Shown in pieces: positions 11,475-24,749 of a DNA stretch of 64,000 nt. The translations under genes were made by a program, and so were the position numbers. Under the pieces are notes generated by a model. The model was not told where the DNA came from. It did not search any database and saw only the letters and a list, made by a program, of their open reading frames with translations. Source of the stretch: Psammoneis japonica (Eukaryota); the NCBI GenBank assembly GCA_008632985.1, contig QPGO01000107.1, forward strand, positions 62,001 to 126,000, given 5' to 3'. Positions within the stretch are counted from its first letter, which is position 1. Every line of letters starts with the position of its first letter.

Positions 11475-13496
11475 TCACTCACTGCCTTCGTCAAACTCTT
11501 CTTCATCATTGTTCAACTGGAGCAGGTAACTATCGTCAGCAGCTGTTGCCCCGTTTGATGGAATCAAAAGAGCCTCAGCAGATCGGTTTCGTTGTAAAGG
11601 TGAATCGAAAGAAGTGCCCAATAAAGCTACCAAAGAATCGTTTTTCATCTGCTGCGCCCGACGGAGTTTGCCCAGTGCACTTTCGCCAGAACGATCAATT
11701 GTATCCTTGCAGGCCCCGTGGTGAAGGAGCTTAGCAAGGGTCGCATGATTTTGCTCGTCAAAAAACTCGACGCACGCACCAACCATTAAGGGCGTTGCGC
11801 CTGAGGAGTCCAGCTGATTCACAGCCGCCTTCGTTTGGTCTTCTGACAAAAGTGACAGGACTTGCTCCAGAAACTCCGCATCACTATTTGCGGCGCAGGC
11901 ATGAACTACAAAAGATTCTTGAATGGACGCGCCTTTCTCATTGACAAACTCCACCAATTTTTCTGTGAAATCCACAAGAAGTGAACTTAGTTCAGCTTGT
12001 GCCTTTTCCGCTCTCTGTGCGGCAATGGCTTCGAGTCTTGTCCGGACCACTGGGCTGAGGCACGCCAAGAACCGTTCCGGGCTGCTGTCGTATTCCTGTA
12101 AGACCGTGTTGTAGATATTCAGACTCAACTCAAATGAGCGCTTAGTATTCTCGATTGTCTGCATGTCTTCCCTGCCCAATACCCCGTCCAAGTAAAACCC
12201 AGGTGGCTCCATACCGAGTTGGCCCTGCAAAGCACCCTCTATCACAGCATAAATCACATCATCGTAGGTTCACCATAGTCCAAATACTCGTAAATATTTT
12301 GTACGGCCTCAAAGAAAGCGACACGCTTTGACAACTCATCTCGTGAGTTATATTCCTTCAAATCCTCGATTTCTCGCTGAATCATAAGCGGCAAAGTCTC
12401 CGCCAATGTGGCGCCTGTATTGCGTTCTATGGTACATCGTAAATCCCTCTTCTTTCGACAAGCCGAATCGACGTAATAAAGGAATACGGAATTGATCCCA
12501 AAGGGTGCTGGACTTGCATTGTTGATGCGAGGAACTTCAATAGCATCAGCTTGCCGAGGGGAAAGGACGGGTTTATCAAACACACTAGGAACAGCAAACA
12601 AAGTCCGGACCCCGTGTCGGAGGAGAGTTTCCGGTACTTGCTCAAACCCGGCTTGGAGGAAGCCTCGGACGTCGTCGACTTCACGCGCATCCCTCATGTC
12701 GTCCATCCTGGCAACCCGTTGGCGTGTCGCCCGTAGAAATTCCTCATCTTCTTGGTGACTTGTTGGGCGCCATTTTTGTTGCAGATATTGCAAGCACCTT
12801 TTTTCCTGTCGAGGACAGCGTACTGTCCAATGGGTTTGGTAGATACAAATCGACCAATTTCCCGACACATCCGGCATATCCAGGAGGAAACGACGCATGA
12901 CAAGTCCAACCACTTGAATATCGCAGTATTCGTTTTTCCACTGCATTCTAGTTACAAAGAGTATCGGCTTGAATTTTGGTTTGCGACGCCGCTTGATGGA
13001 AGGAATACGGCAATGGCCATGGCAGTCAAAAAACATTTGCACCAAGTCCAAGCTTAGTCCGTCTGCCTGGTATAGCTCATCGTCTCGTGCAACTAAACAA
13101 TAGTGGATCTTCCCGACAATTTGTCGATCCACGACAATGTCGGCTTCCTTGATGGAAGACTCTTGGTCATTATTGTTGGTTGACGATGCTGATTCTTCGT
13201 CATCCTCCTCCGGTGCTGGCACTGCCGCCACGACTTGGACTTGCACCCAACCCATTGCAACACGCTCCCGCGTAAAGACTTTGCTTGTCAACATTGCTCG
13301 GAATCGTCGACATGTTCCAAAGACAGCAACAAAATCGCTGGCTTGGAGCCTCAGCAAAACTTGTAGGAGCTCGTCGTCGCCGAGGAGTCGTTGCAACGCT
13401 GATGTGTCTTCTTTTTTCGTCGTCTTCGGGTCGCTTGCGCTTCTTGTTCGTTCGGAGTGGGCGCACTGGGGAGCACGTTGACGATGATGAATCCAT
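11475..13496 (-). CDS. F-box-like N-terminus plus ankyrin-repeat C-terminus protein (two apparent 1-nt frameshifts)
   Basis: LGDDELLQVLLRL..VFGTCRRFR (F-box-like); GATPLMVGA and GACKDTIDRSGESAL (ankyrin). Frames switch near 13415 and 12265. Confidence 0.6.
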
Positions 13497-14399
13497 TGTG
13501 TGCTTTGAAGAAGCCAGGAGTCCGAACCTTGTAGAAAAAAAGATTACCGCGTTGTCGCCTGCACTCGTGTGTCTTTTTCTGACAAGGTTTTCGCGTTGTC
13601 AACCGAGATTGCGTCCGGCACGTTCAACGTCCAGTCGTACCAATACGTTACACACACTTTTTTCTATGTCTCTCGTCCACTTGCAACCCTAACCTCCACT
13701 GTGAAGGTTGCAACGAGATCAGATAAGGCAACCCCACACTCCCATTTATACCTGACTGTCCACCAAGTGCACACCGCTTGATTTGACAACGAAGATTTCA
13801 TCTGCGAACGGACGAAAAATCTCTACCGTGTACTGACCGTCGTACGAAGATTTGTCAATCTCCAAATTTCCAAAAAACACAAAAATCATGACCTCGCCCA
13901 TGGCGCATCAAACTTGGAAGCCTACCACTCTGTAACTATGAAGAACTGTCTCACGATACGTTGCAGAGTCGTTATTGACACTACTAAGAATATACTGGTA
14001 GCTAGATTTTTTGATTTACGACCAAGTATTGTCATGAGTAGAGCCATCAAAGTGACAGATGATTTGCAGGTCGAATTTTCGGTCCGATGCTCAACTTCTC
14101 TCCAATCGAAGTTGTTGAAGCTTGATTTGAACAATGCCAAGTCGTTATCGAAGGTTTATCCCGATATATCAAAGTTGGGGGCTACTGTGGTGCTTCCAAA
14201 GACAGTCATTGGATGCTCCAGCGACTTCAGAATCGTGGATCGGAAAATTGTTGATTGCATCACGCTCGGCAAACCGCACCGAGATTTCGAGAGGGAAAAA
14301 TTCAAGAATGCACAGCGTTGGGAGAGAGACAAATATAGGAAAAATGCAACGAGTTTGATGGAGCAAAAAGAACTTCTCCGAGCGAAAATGACTTCATTG

Positions 14400-15302
14400 A
14401 GCAATGCAGACACACGCACGGTTACACGCACTGACACACGCTCGTCAATGCCTGAACACAACGAGTGCTCCATGCACGGTCTGTCACACCGCCACCCACC
14501 AATTCCAAATTCCAGTCGCCCATTGAGAAATGGATCTCAACAAGATGCCACAGTTGCAGAAGACTCAGTGGCAGCAGCCCCGCATTGTCAAGGACGAGCT
14601 TCGTCGAGAGCAAACGACAAGAAACCGGGACTTTGCAGATGCCGTTGAGTCAACGGAAATGCAGATTGAACGATCAGGAGCCACCTGTTGCGTGGTTCAG
14701 GAGATTCGAGAGCTGTGCTTCAACGTGATGGGCATGTGCTGCCTCCAAGCTTTGACCACAAACCTGTTGACGTTCCCGAACAAGAACGAATTGCTGATGC
14801 TGACGGTTTCGTGAGCAACAAGCGACCAAATGGAGACCCAGCTGTTAGCCGGGCATTGGGAGACTTTGGCTTCAAGAGTGATGCATCACTGCTGCATGAT
14901 CAACAGCCAGCAACATGCGCACCTGAAATCGTTGTTTGTCCTCGCAAAAAGGATGGGGGTGAACATGTCGTCCTTGCATGCGACGGTGTGTGGGACGTGC
15001 TCGACAACCAAGGTTGCGGAAAGATGGTGCAAACCATGTTCGATGAAGGAGAAAGTGATGTCAGACTGGTCTGCAAAGAGGTGCTGGACACGTGCTTAGA
15101 AAAGAAAAGTAGAGACAACATGACCATTGTTGTGATGTGTTTCGAAGCTGCCTCAATTCAGAAAAACCGGCGTCTTCAGAAGAACGTGGTCCTGAGTCGG
15201 AGGGCGTCACGGTCAGATGCGACCATCATGGAGGATGCCGGCATCAACAGTGCCACACAGGATGCGTTTGGCAAAGTGGCTGGTGGCATTGTGTGTTTCT
15301 AG
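14400..15302 (+). pseudogene. PP2C protein phosphatase, degenerate and TA-depleted
   Basis: SGATCC, GDSRAVL, DHKP, VSRALGDF, VLACDGVWDV and SRDNMT motifs, with frameshifts. Confidence 0.85.
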
Positions 15303-15451
15303 CGCTGTCGATGCAGACATGCACATTTCGCACACGTGCACTGTGCAGATTGAAATGGGCTTCCGCAATCTTTGTTGCATTTATTTTGAGCATCGAAAGC
15401 GCCATTGCGGTGTTGTACAAAATTGCAGACAAACATGAATGGGAAGAACAA

Positions 15452-17600
15452 CTAGGAAGCATGCCAGGAATTGTTCAGTGTGTCTCCTGAACTGTTGCGG
15501 CGGGTGATCTTTCGTGTGTTGTTCATCCTTCCAGACTTCCATTCTTTAAAGACATTGTTGCCATGAACTGAGGAGGGCTTCTTGCCAGATTCATTGGAAC
15601 AGATTGAATCGTCATCGGTGATTGCAGTCACACTAAGTTTTGTTCCGGCAACACTTGCATTCCGCCTCAGTCTACCGCCGTCGCTGGTTGCTGCCAAAGG
15701 ACCTTTGTCTCAAGGGAGTGAACTGTTTCAACAAGGCAACGTGATGCGCAAAGGTCTCGCAGCTGCTGGAATTTGGCAACTGGCGGATCAAATCTAGACT
15801 GCAGAGAAAACAGAGCATAAAATGGTGAGACATGGTGGAATTTTGCATGCACACAGGATGTTCAGCCGAAACGGGTGGTTTGATGTCATCAACCCACGAC
15901 TTGCGCCTCAGCATGCCCATCTTCCTCCAACAATCTCTTGAGCTCACTGGTTGGAATGACTCCGAGCTTGCTGGTCTTAGATGTGGTGGCAACACCGCCA
16001 TTGGGCATTGGCGAGACTTCGGTTCCTTCTTCATTGGCAGTCACATGCTGCTTGACTCTTTTTAAGAATGCGGCAAACTCCTGCTTGCTCAATGACGTAG
16101 CCAATGACGTTGTGACACTGCGTTCAAACTTTTGACATCCCCAAAACAATGCACGCCTGTGGACGCTGCCTGTGATCTTGATGCTCTGAGTCCGATTGAC
16201 TTTCCTTGAGAAGCTGGTGCTGCCATTGGCACCCGCCTGACCCTTGGCAGCTTCTGCAGCAATGTCTTCCACACTCAACGGTGTGCCATCATTTTCCTTG
16301 AAAGTTTTGTGAAAATTCACAAACTCATCCTTGGCCAGCACCTTCTCAGCAGACGGTCTAGACTTGTGACGATGCACCAACAGCTTGTCCAGCAATTCCA
16401 GGAAAGAGTCCGGCATGTCGGTCGGCAAATTGGGGAGTTTTCGAAGGTCCCGTCCCTTCCCCTTTTGTGTCATGTTGAATGCTTTTTGAAGCTGCTCTGC
16501 AGGACAACCAGCCACCAAGATGTGCAGCGTGACACCACAGCTCCAAACATCCGTTTTAGAGATGATGTGTGCGTCTTTTGAAACATTTCAGGCGAAATGT
16601 AAAAGGCGGATCCAGCAAACGCAGTGTGTTGCGACAACTCCTTTGGATCAGCTGGAGTTTCAGATTCGATGCAGCCCAAGCCAAAATCAACAAGACGCAA
16701 TTCTGCTCCGGGCTTCACCGACTTGAACCTGGATGAAAACAAAAACAAGAGAAAGGGTCAGTTTGAGCCCGGGATGGAAATCGAGCTCGCACCCCCACTT
16801 CTGCAGCAACTCACATGAGATTCTCGGGCTTGACATCGCGATGACAACATTGTGCTTGGCACAATGATTCACAGCATCAAGCAACTGAAATGCAATGCTC
16901 GACACATCTTCTGATCGGAGTTCAGCCTCCTGCTTGGAAATGCACTCCATCATCTCACCGCCTTCACACAATTCTGCAACCATGAGAATCTGCTTGGGCG
17001 TTTCACAAACACCCAACAGTTTCAAACAACAGTGCGCTCCATTCAGCTTTCTGAGAATCTCGCATTCCTGCTGCAAGACTTTCAAATCAACAGGGGCCAT
17101 GAGAGCATCATCCTTAAACTGGACTCCCTTGCGCAAAACCCAACACGCTCTCATTTGTTTGGTCCATGAGATTCGTCTGAAAGTGTCGGACCATGTCCTT
17201 TCTCTTGCTTGGTTCAGCCATTTCATGATCAGACATCTTTGATCTCGTCTTTACAACACCATCTTGCCGAGAGCATGTAAGAGAATGGCACAGACACTTG
17301 GAGCAAAGGGTGCTGCACTTGGGACAGGTAATTTGGTTGTGTCGTCCAAGACCGGTGCATGCTCCCGCAAAACATTCAACACACAGTCAATGATTTTTCC
17401 TGCAGAGAATCGTAAAATGTGCGCTGCCTCTCTCGGGCATCCATCCATTGCACTTGCAGCATTCAAAACCAGGTGTTTCCGTTGCCACAGGCTCGTCATG
17501 CCGACGACGCTTGACATCAGAGGATTTGCATGATGATCTGAGAGATTGGCGTTTGTGCCTTTCACGGCCACTCATTTCAAACCATAAAATGTTGAACAAG
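15452..17600 (-). pseudogene. CAMK/CDPK-like protein kinase, degenerate, retaining an intron (16729-16814)
   Basis: ELCEGGE, HRDVKPENLM|GTGAGT...CAG|FKS, LVDFG, AGSAFYISPE, RPSAEKVL; frameshifts and stops. Confidence 0.85.
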
Positions 17601-18216
17601 CCCATGGAGAGTGTTCGACGACACTGCCAAGTGTCGAGTGTCAGTTTGTTGTGGTTGCAGAGTGGCAGGCTTCCAAGTTTGATGCGCCATGGGCGAGGTC
17701 ATGATTTTTGTGTTTTTTGGAAATTTGGAGATTGACAAATCTTCGTACGATGGTCAGCACACGGCAGAGATTTTTCGTCCGTTCGCAGATGAGATTGTCC
17801 GCACCGGTTGTTGGTCGTTGATGACCGATGCTGACCGCGCCGCTGCCGTGCTTTTGAGCTTCTGGCGGATCTTCGTCTCGATTTCTCGCGCACCAGCAGG
17901 CGCGTGCTGTCCCCCCTTTTTTTTTTTTTAAAAATGTCCAGGTTCAAACGTCTGCATTGACACATTAAAAAAAATGTCCGACATGCAGCAGCACCGCACG
18001 GCAGACAACGAGTTTCTCACATTTTTGTCAAAGCCAACAAGGACTCCGAACACCCGCAAAGTCGAAGCAAAGATTGCAGTGAAGTTCAAAAGCAAACTTG
18101 TGCAAGCAGACTCCCTCAAACTCTTTCAAAATCAACAAGTCATAATTGCACTGCTTGACTGCGTTGTGTGGCGGCCTTTTTGGAAGCAACTCGAGAAAGA
18201 CGAAGGTGTGGTGGTG

Positions 18217-19852
18217 CCTTGCATGTTTCGGCTCAGCAAAAAGAGAAGAGTGCTGCGGATTTGGGTCGTCAGTCTGCTTCTCGTGTCACCATTTGGTCGT
18301 GTCGAGGAAAACCGTCGTGATTTGGAGGACGACCGCGTCGCCGAACCTCTCGAAAGCATCCAAGCCGCCAACACAGAATCGAGTCGTCAATTGGCGGAAG
18401 ATGGTCTCTTGGGGTGCAAGGTTGCTGAAGTTTTTGGCTCACTTGGGGAACAAACAGGAACAAATGATTTGATGCCCATGGATGGAAAGCTGTGTTTCGA
18501 AGCTTGTGCCGGGTCCACCAATTCATTTTTTGACAACCAACATTGTGACAGACATTTTTCCCTCCGGCGATTGCACTTTGCATGGAAGTCAATTTGTGCC
18601 CTTGGATGGAAAGTTGCATTGTGCAGCCAATGATGGAACACATGGATGTGAGCCATGGATGCATGACCCCTCGAACAACAAAACGGAAATGGTGAAGAAC
18701 ATCTGTCGCCGTGGAAAGAAGGGCTCAGATCCAGAATGGATTGCACCCATGGATGGAAAGCTGCATTTTGCTGCTGATGGAAAGGGGATGACAGGAAGGG
18801 AGCTTTGGATGCACGATCCATTGAGTCGCACCACGAAAATGGTGATGGACATCCGACCAGGCAGCGAGTCTTCTTCTCCATGTGACTTGACGCCATTGAA
18901 TGGAAAGCTGTGTTTCCGCGCAAACGATGGAAAGCATGGATTTGAGCTGTGGATGCATGATCCCATGCACAATGCAGCGGCAATGGCAAAAGACACATTC
19001 CCCGGTGAAGGCTCCTCTTCAGAACGTTCAATGATGACACCCATGGATGGCAAGCTGTGTTTTCGAGCCAACGATGGAAAGCACGGACTTGAGCTGTGGA
19101 TGCATGATCCACAGAGTCAAACGACAGAAATGCTGAAGGACATCACTCCTGGCACCAAAGGTTCAGCTCCAGGATTTCCATTTGGTTTTGCTCCCGTGGA
19201 TGGAAAGCTCTTTTTTCCCGCAGATGATGGACAGCATGGAAGGGAACTTTGGATGCACGATCCGTTGCGTCAAACAACAAAAATGGCAAAGGACATTTGT
19301 CCTGGTGTGCGGGAATCAAACACACTTTGTTTGACAGCCATGGATGGCGAGCTTTGCTTTGGGGCTGCTGATGGGCTGTGGTTTCACGACCCACAGAGTG
19401 ACACAACGGCAATGACAAAACACTTCAATCTCCGCAACAAGATCTTGAGTCCACATCTCTTGACACCATTCGACGGAAAGTTGCATTTCCAGGCTCGTGA
19501 TGAATCTCCAATTGGAGAGTCACTCTGGGCATGTGACCCTGCACCGGTGGGTGAGAAGGACAGGGTAAAGAATGTCCGTCGTGGCATTTACAAGGCCCCC
19601 ATGCAGTTGACGCCCATGGATGGCAAATTGCATTTTGCTGGGCACTTTAGAAAGTGCGACCGTCAGAGGATTTTTGCGTTGGAGTTTTCAGAGCTGGATG
19701 ATGCTGATGGCAACAGAGTGCCCGATGAAATGGACAATTGTCCCTCGGTTCCCAGTGCTAACCAGGCCGATGGAGACGGGGATGGCATTGGAGACGCTTG
19801 TGATGCATGTCCCTTGGATTCCACTGATTGTCTCAAGGTTGTCAGCAAATGA
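18217..19852 (+). pseudogene. Secreted-type beta-propeller protein with ELWxxD(GT)-like repeats and C-terminal thrombospondin type-3 (Ca-binding) repeats; hypermutated
   Basis: About 9 repeats of DGKL[C/H][33 protein letters not shown] TSP3 motif; frameshift near 18500. Confidence 0.75.
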
Positions 19853-21102
19853 CCCATGGGCCGAGCAAGAACTCATTCTTCCCCATGTCTCTGTTTCGAC
19901 GGCTGTGCCACAGCTGGCATGATGAAAAGGGCGGTAGACAGCATGCCCGAAAAAATGAAGTTAAAGATTCAGTTTCGGGATTGCAACAACACAATGATCA
20001 CGGAAGATGGATTCGACAAGCCGCCCGAGTTGATTCATGTCGTAAATGCAAACAATGACTTTGAAAAAACGGATGTGTTGGGTGGGAGGATGCGATTTGT
20101 CAAGGAAAAGGGACACTGGGTCTTCAAGGTAAAAAATCCAAAAGATTTGCTTGGTGGAGATGGATGCTTTGCGGCGGAATTCAAATTCCGTGTTGGAGCA
20201 GGAGAGCCCATGCATGCCAGCTCATCCTTTTGTCTCAACCAATTGAATGGCAACCACATCATTTTGAACATCAGCAGCAAGCACTTGTTTGGCATGTGCG
20301 TCGAGCAAATTCGCCTTTCTCAGGCACAGCCGCCAACAAAATCTGTTGCAAAGCTGTGGTGGTTGTGACGAAAAGGATGTTGCTTTCGAGAGTTCCACCA
20401 GAGGCATCATGGAGGTTTGTGGCACTCTCTAGAATCTTGTGCAGACACCTCGGTCAGAATCCTTGGGCAGCAGTTTTTCCAGCGACTGCTCTCTCACTCA
20501 GTCCATGCCAACACGAGGCCCTCTCTTCGTCACGACCTTTCTCCAAAAGCCCGCTCGTGCTTCTGCAACTTGTTGATTGTTCCTTGTGCCAAAGTGCAGT
20601 CCTTCAAACCTTTTTTTCCATCATTTTCTTTCCCACACCACAAAGAATGGATGCCCAAGTGCGCACAACGACGGAACAAAGCCAAAACCCATTTCGTTTT
20701 TTTGGAAAATGCCGCTGCAAACACAGACGGCAACCGATCGATTTGGAGCAGGCGTGACGACCAGCGCTGCAGCTAGCAACAACCACAACTACATCATTGG
20801 GATGCAACACATCATTCGATTCCAACGACAAACTCCTCTTGTGATGCTTGGCTTTTTGATGAAAATGTGGACGATTGAAAGTGTCATTGTTGTTAGTTAG
20901 TTGGAGTGTGCTTCGGCTTCGGCCAAGCTGAATCCCAGTAAATTGCTGTAGAATTCGTACTGAAGTCTACAGGGCGCTAGAAATTGCGCGCGAAGATGGA
21001 AAGGGCGGAAGCCGAAAGCCGAAAAATCAAATTGGCTGCTGACTTGGCCTTGCGAGTGGGCAAGCAACAAAGATATAACCGTAACATTGCATCGCGTTGA
21101 CA

Positions 21103-21940
21103 ATGATAGTAAAGGCTCTCGTAGTGTTTTTGACATGTCTTGGGACGACTGATTCGTTTCAACATGGAGCGAGTTCCAACAGGAGATTATTCCCTGCTTC
21201 TTCTGTTGTCAGGACTCCACACACGCTACTAGGCGCAGAAAATAATGGTGACGACGAGGGACAGGTAGAGGAGTACAAGAACTTACAGACCAGCATTCTT
21301 TCGAACTTTATGCAAAAAGCGGACGAGATTGATCCTTTGAAAGACATTGATTTTGATGCACCCAAGATTGCAAATGTTGACTTGGAGACCCTGGCAGCCA
21401 TGTTGGATGCTGAACTATACGAAAAAGAATGGTTCGTTACGGGCAAAGTAAATCCGTCATACTTTGCCGATGATTTCAAGTTTGAAGACCCCGATGTCAA
21501 GGTTGACGGAATTGAAGGTGCGTAGGAAAAATATGATTGCGAGTGAACAATGCACCTGTACCCACTCTCAACAATTATGTTTTGTAGACTATGCAAGAGG
21601 CGTGTACAAGCTCTTTGATCAAGAAACCTCTCGAGCGGAAATCATTTCCACAGTGGTGAATTCGACAATGCCCAACACGATTACAGTCACGTGGCGGCTC
21701 TCTGGGAAAGTAAAAGTAGGACCCGGACTCACAATCAAACCATACATTTGCTACACGGACTTTACCGTTTCCGACGACGGACTCATTGCCACACAAGAGG
21801 ATAGGTTTGACATCCCAGGCTGGGATATTTTGTTGAGCTCGCTGTTTCCCTTTTTAATTGGAAAGGTTACGTCACCCCCCGCTCCGCCAGTAGAGCCTCG
21901 TAACCCAGTTCCGACAATGCCAAAGATTCCAACTCGATGA
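21103..21940 (+). CDS. SnoaL/NTF2-like (DUF2358-type) protein with signal/transit peptide; intron 21518-21587
   Basis: WFVTG....YFADDFKFEDPDVK..G...Y, VTWRLSG, GLIATQEDRFDIP. A GT..AG intron restores the frame (IE-D-YARG). Confidence 0.75.
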
Positions 21941-22132
21941 GGCGACAATGTTGCAAGACAGGAATTCTGACAAAACAGCAGTTCTTCCTCTTTATTACTA
22001 TCTAACTGATTGTCTGTTCTAATTTAATTGCAAACAAACATGCACTGTCATGTTTTCTACGTACTCCATTCTGACTCTGTTCATAATATTAGCAATTGCG
22101 CAGCGTGGGTGACAAAACAAGTCGACCCGACC

Positions 22133-24185
22133 TCAATACGCATAACCACGATACATGGACGACTCGGACCTGTTCAACAACTCGGCAGAGCGGGTGCTTA
22201 AGTTTGCTTCCTCGTGAGTGGAAATTTCACCACGGAGCAAGTCACACACTTGAGAAAAGAGCGGCCTCTTGGTTGGGTCATTCGACCACGCATCTGTCAA
22301 GAGCGACCTGACCAAGGCGGGACACGACGAAGGGATTTTTGGCCGTTTACCCTTCAGCACCACCTTGTTGGCATGCTTCTCGTAGTCATAGCCCTGAAAG
22401 GCAATCTTGAGAGAGACCACTTCCCAGAGGAGAATGCCAAACGAGTACATGTCCGCTGAAAGACCATAGGGCTTGCACAAGGCAACTTCGGGTGGCATAT
22501 AACGACGAGTTCCAGTCATTCCGGAAGCCTGGAACTGATCTGGACCAACCTGATCAGCAGCTAAAAGCTCTTTGGCAAGACCAAAGTCAAACACCTTTGC
22601 GTCTCCTCTTACATCGAAGCCCACATTCTGAAAAAAAGCGAAAGAAAATACGTGATTAGTTTCGTTGACGAGGTGTGACAAGTCAAGTACACGAAGGAAG
22701 ATAAGGAGAGCAACGGACTTACCTCCGGTTTCAAGTCACGAAAGACAATGCTGGAAATTTAAAGGGGTACATACGATGAATGTCAGATGCTACCATGAGA
22801 GTAATACAGCTTAGCACCACCACACGTAACCACCTACCTGTGAGAATGAAGATATTTCATTGCTCTAGCAATGTCAAAGACCGCCACGAGACGATCGACC
22901 CACAAGTTTTCGAGAATGGCCTGATTCTTCTTGAATCCGAGAAAGCCCTTGGCCTTCTTCTCGTGCATGGCCCACTTTTCGCAACGCTGGTCCAAAGTGT
23001 CATACAGTCTATCCATAACGATAAAGAAATCTGGATTCCCCGGCTTACCACCCGATCCTCTCATTTTGACAATGTTCGGGTGTGCCAATACAGCCAAAAA
23101 CTTGGCCTCCATGGCAATGTCGGCAGCCGCCTCGCGGTTCTCTGCGCTTACATCCTTCTTCAACACTTTCAAAGCGTAACGAGCAGCTCCATCTCGGATG
23201 CAGTGGTCCTTCATGAAACCACGAGTATCAAAGCCCTCCTCGTCATCTTCATGATCACTCTCAAAATCTCCAAAGTCGGACACGTGGGGCTTACTAGCGA
23301 CGGTAATGGGAGAAACATCGTTCGTTTCGGGACTACCGCTGCCACTCATCAACCCTTCTGAGGTAGTCGAGTCCATAGCGTCCTGCATATTGGGCATCAA
23401 CAGAAATGACGAGGGCTCTGGTGAAACGACATTGGGGCCCATGTGAAGATAGCAGATGTGACAGCTCTCGGGAACGTCAAACTTTGAAACCTCTCGGACG
23501 ATCCCGAATTCGCCTTCACCCAGCAAGTCCCCCAGAATGACTTCCTCAGGCTCATAGTGCGGCAAATCACGCGGGGTGTTTTCATTGAAAAACTTTGAAT
23601 TTGCCTGAACCCAATCAAGCAACTGTTCCACTTCATTCATACTAGTATCGACATTTTCTGCATCGCTGCAGCACAATTGGCTCTCTAGAATTTCAATCTC
23701 TTCCTTGAGCTGAAACAAAACTTCACCGTCCAGAAACATATGCGTCGTCATGAGCTCTTCAATTTTTCTTGCCGAATCGCTGCTCCCACACGTTTGTCGT
23801 ACTTTTTCAGAATTTTCGAAAAGCCCGTCTTGTTGAGATCCAAGAATTCAATCAACAAATCGAGCTGTTCTCCAAAGGACGAAAGCGAACGAGATAGTAG
23901 GGCCGTATCATCGATATCATCACGCTTGACTCGAGACACTCGGTTCTTGAACGAACTCATTTTTGTCTGTGCATCCTTTTCACGTTCACTGTAAAAGAGA
24001 TGAATGCGTGTCTTGGAATCTTCAAACAGACGAAAGAACTCCTCCTTATCAATCACGTGCACTTCGCTACCGTCCTCAGTGACGGCTGTTTTGCCCTTGA
24101 GGACTCGCTTCATGCCCTTGTAATCGACAGCGTATGGGTGCCATTCTTGACGAATCAAGTCATACAGTGTATGACCGAATTTCAT
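22133..24185 (-). CDS. SPX-domain + protein kinase (TKL-like) protein; exons 24185-22838, 22750-22723, 22627-22133; 1-nt frameshift near 23765
   Basis: MKFG....WHPYAVDYKGMKR and LNKTGFSKILKKYDK (SPX); GEGEFG, YALK, FRDLKPEN, DFGLA, GTRRYMPPE (kinase); canonical splice sites. Confidence 0.85.
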
Positions 24186-24749
24186 GGTTTTGTTGTTGTT
24201 GTGTTTAGAATGTTTATAGTGTTATGACGGCAGGTTCGCCAACGCCCACGTCGTCGTCGTCGATTTTTATGGTTGTATGGTTGTTGTTTGTGCGGAGACA
24301 TTCGAAGCGTCAACCGCTTCTTCAACCGCTTCTTCGGGTCGTGCACGTTGTTGATCGATCCCACGAAAAAACTACGTAAAATGAGTACCAGGCGGGGTTC
24401 GCATTTTTGAAAGTGTCATTTCTACCTACATAGGCCTACGTAAAATAACTACTACATACGCATTGGTCGGAGTCGAAAGTTCCGGAACTTTCTGAAGCCT
24501 TGTTTAGGGGAACATCAGTTAGTCATATTCAATGTGGTATGATTGAATATATTATTCCATAATTAATTTATATATAAAGATGTAAATAACTTTTTGAACG
24601 ACGCAGCCAGAAGCCCAGCTGGGCGGCGCGAGGCGACGAGCGACAAAAACAGAACCACTCAGAAAATTGGAGAACAGGGATGGATGACTGCAGCAAGCCA
24701 TGGCGTCAGTGAAGCTTGGCCAAACTATGTAGTTAACATGTTGTCCCCA

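Noticed and set aside
18482..19700. CRISPR-like array
   Set aside because: The ~140-bp periodicity consists of in-frame protein repeats, not identical repeats with unique spacers.
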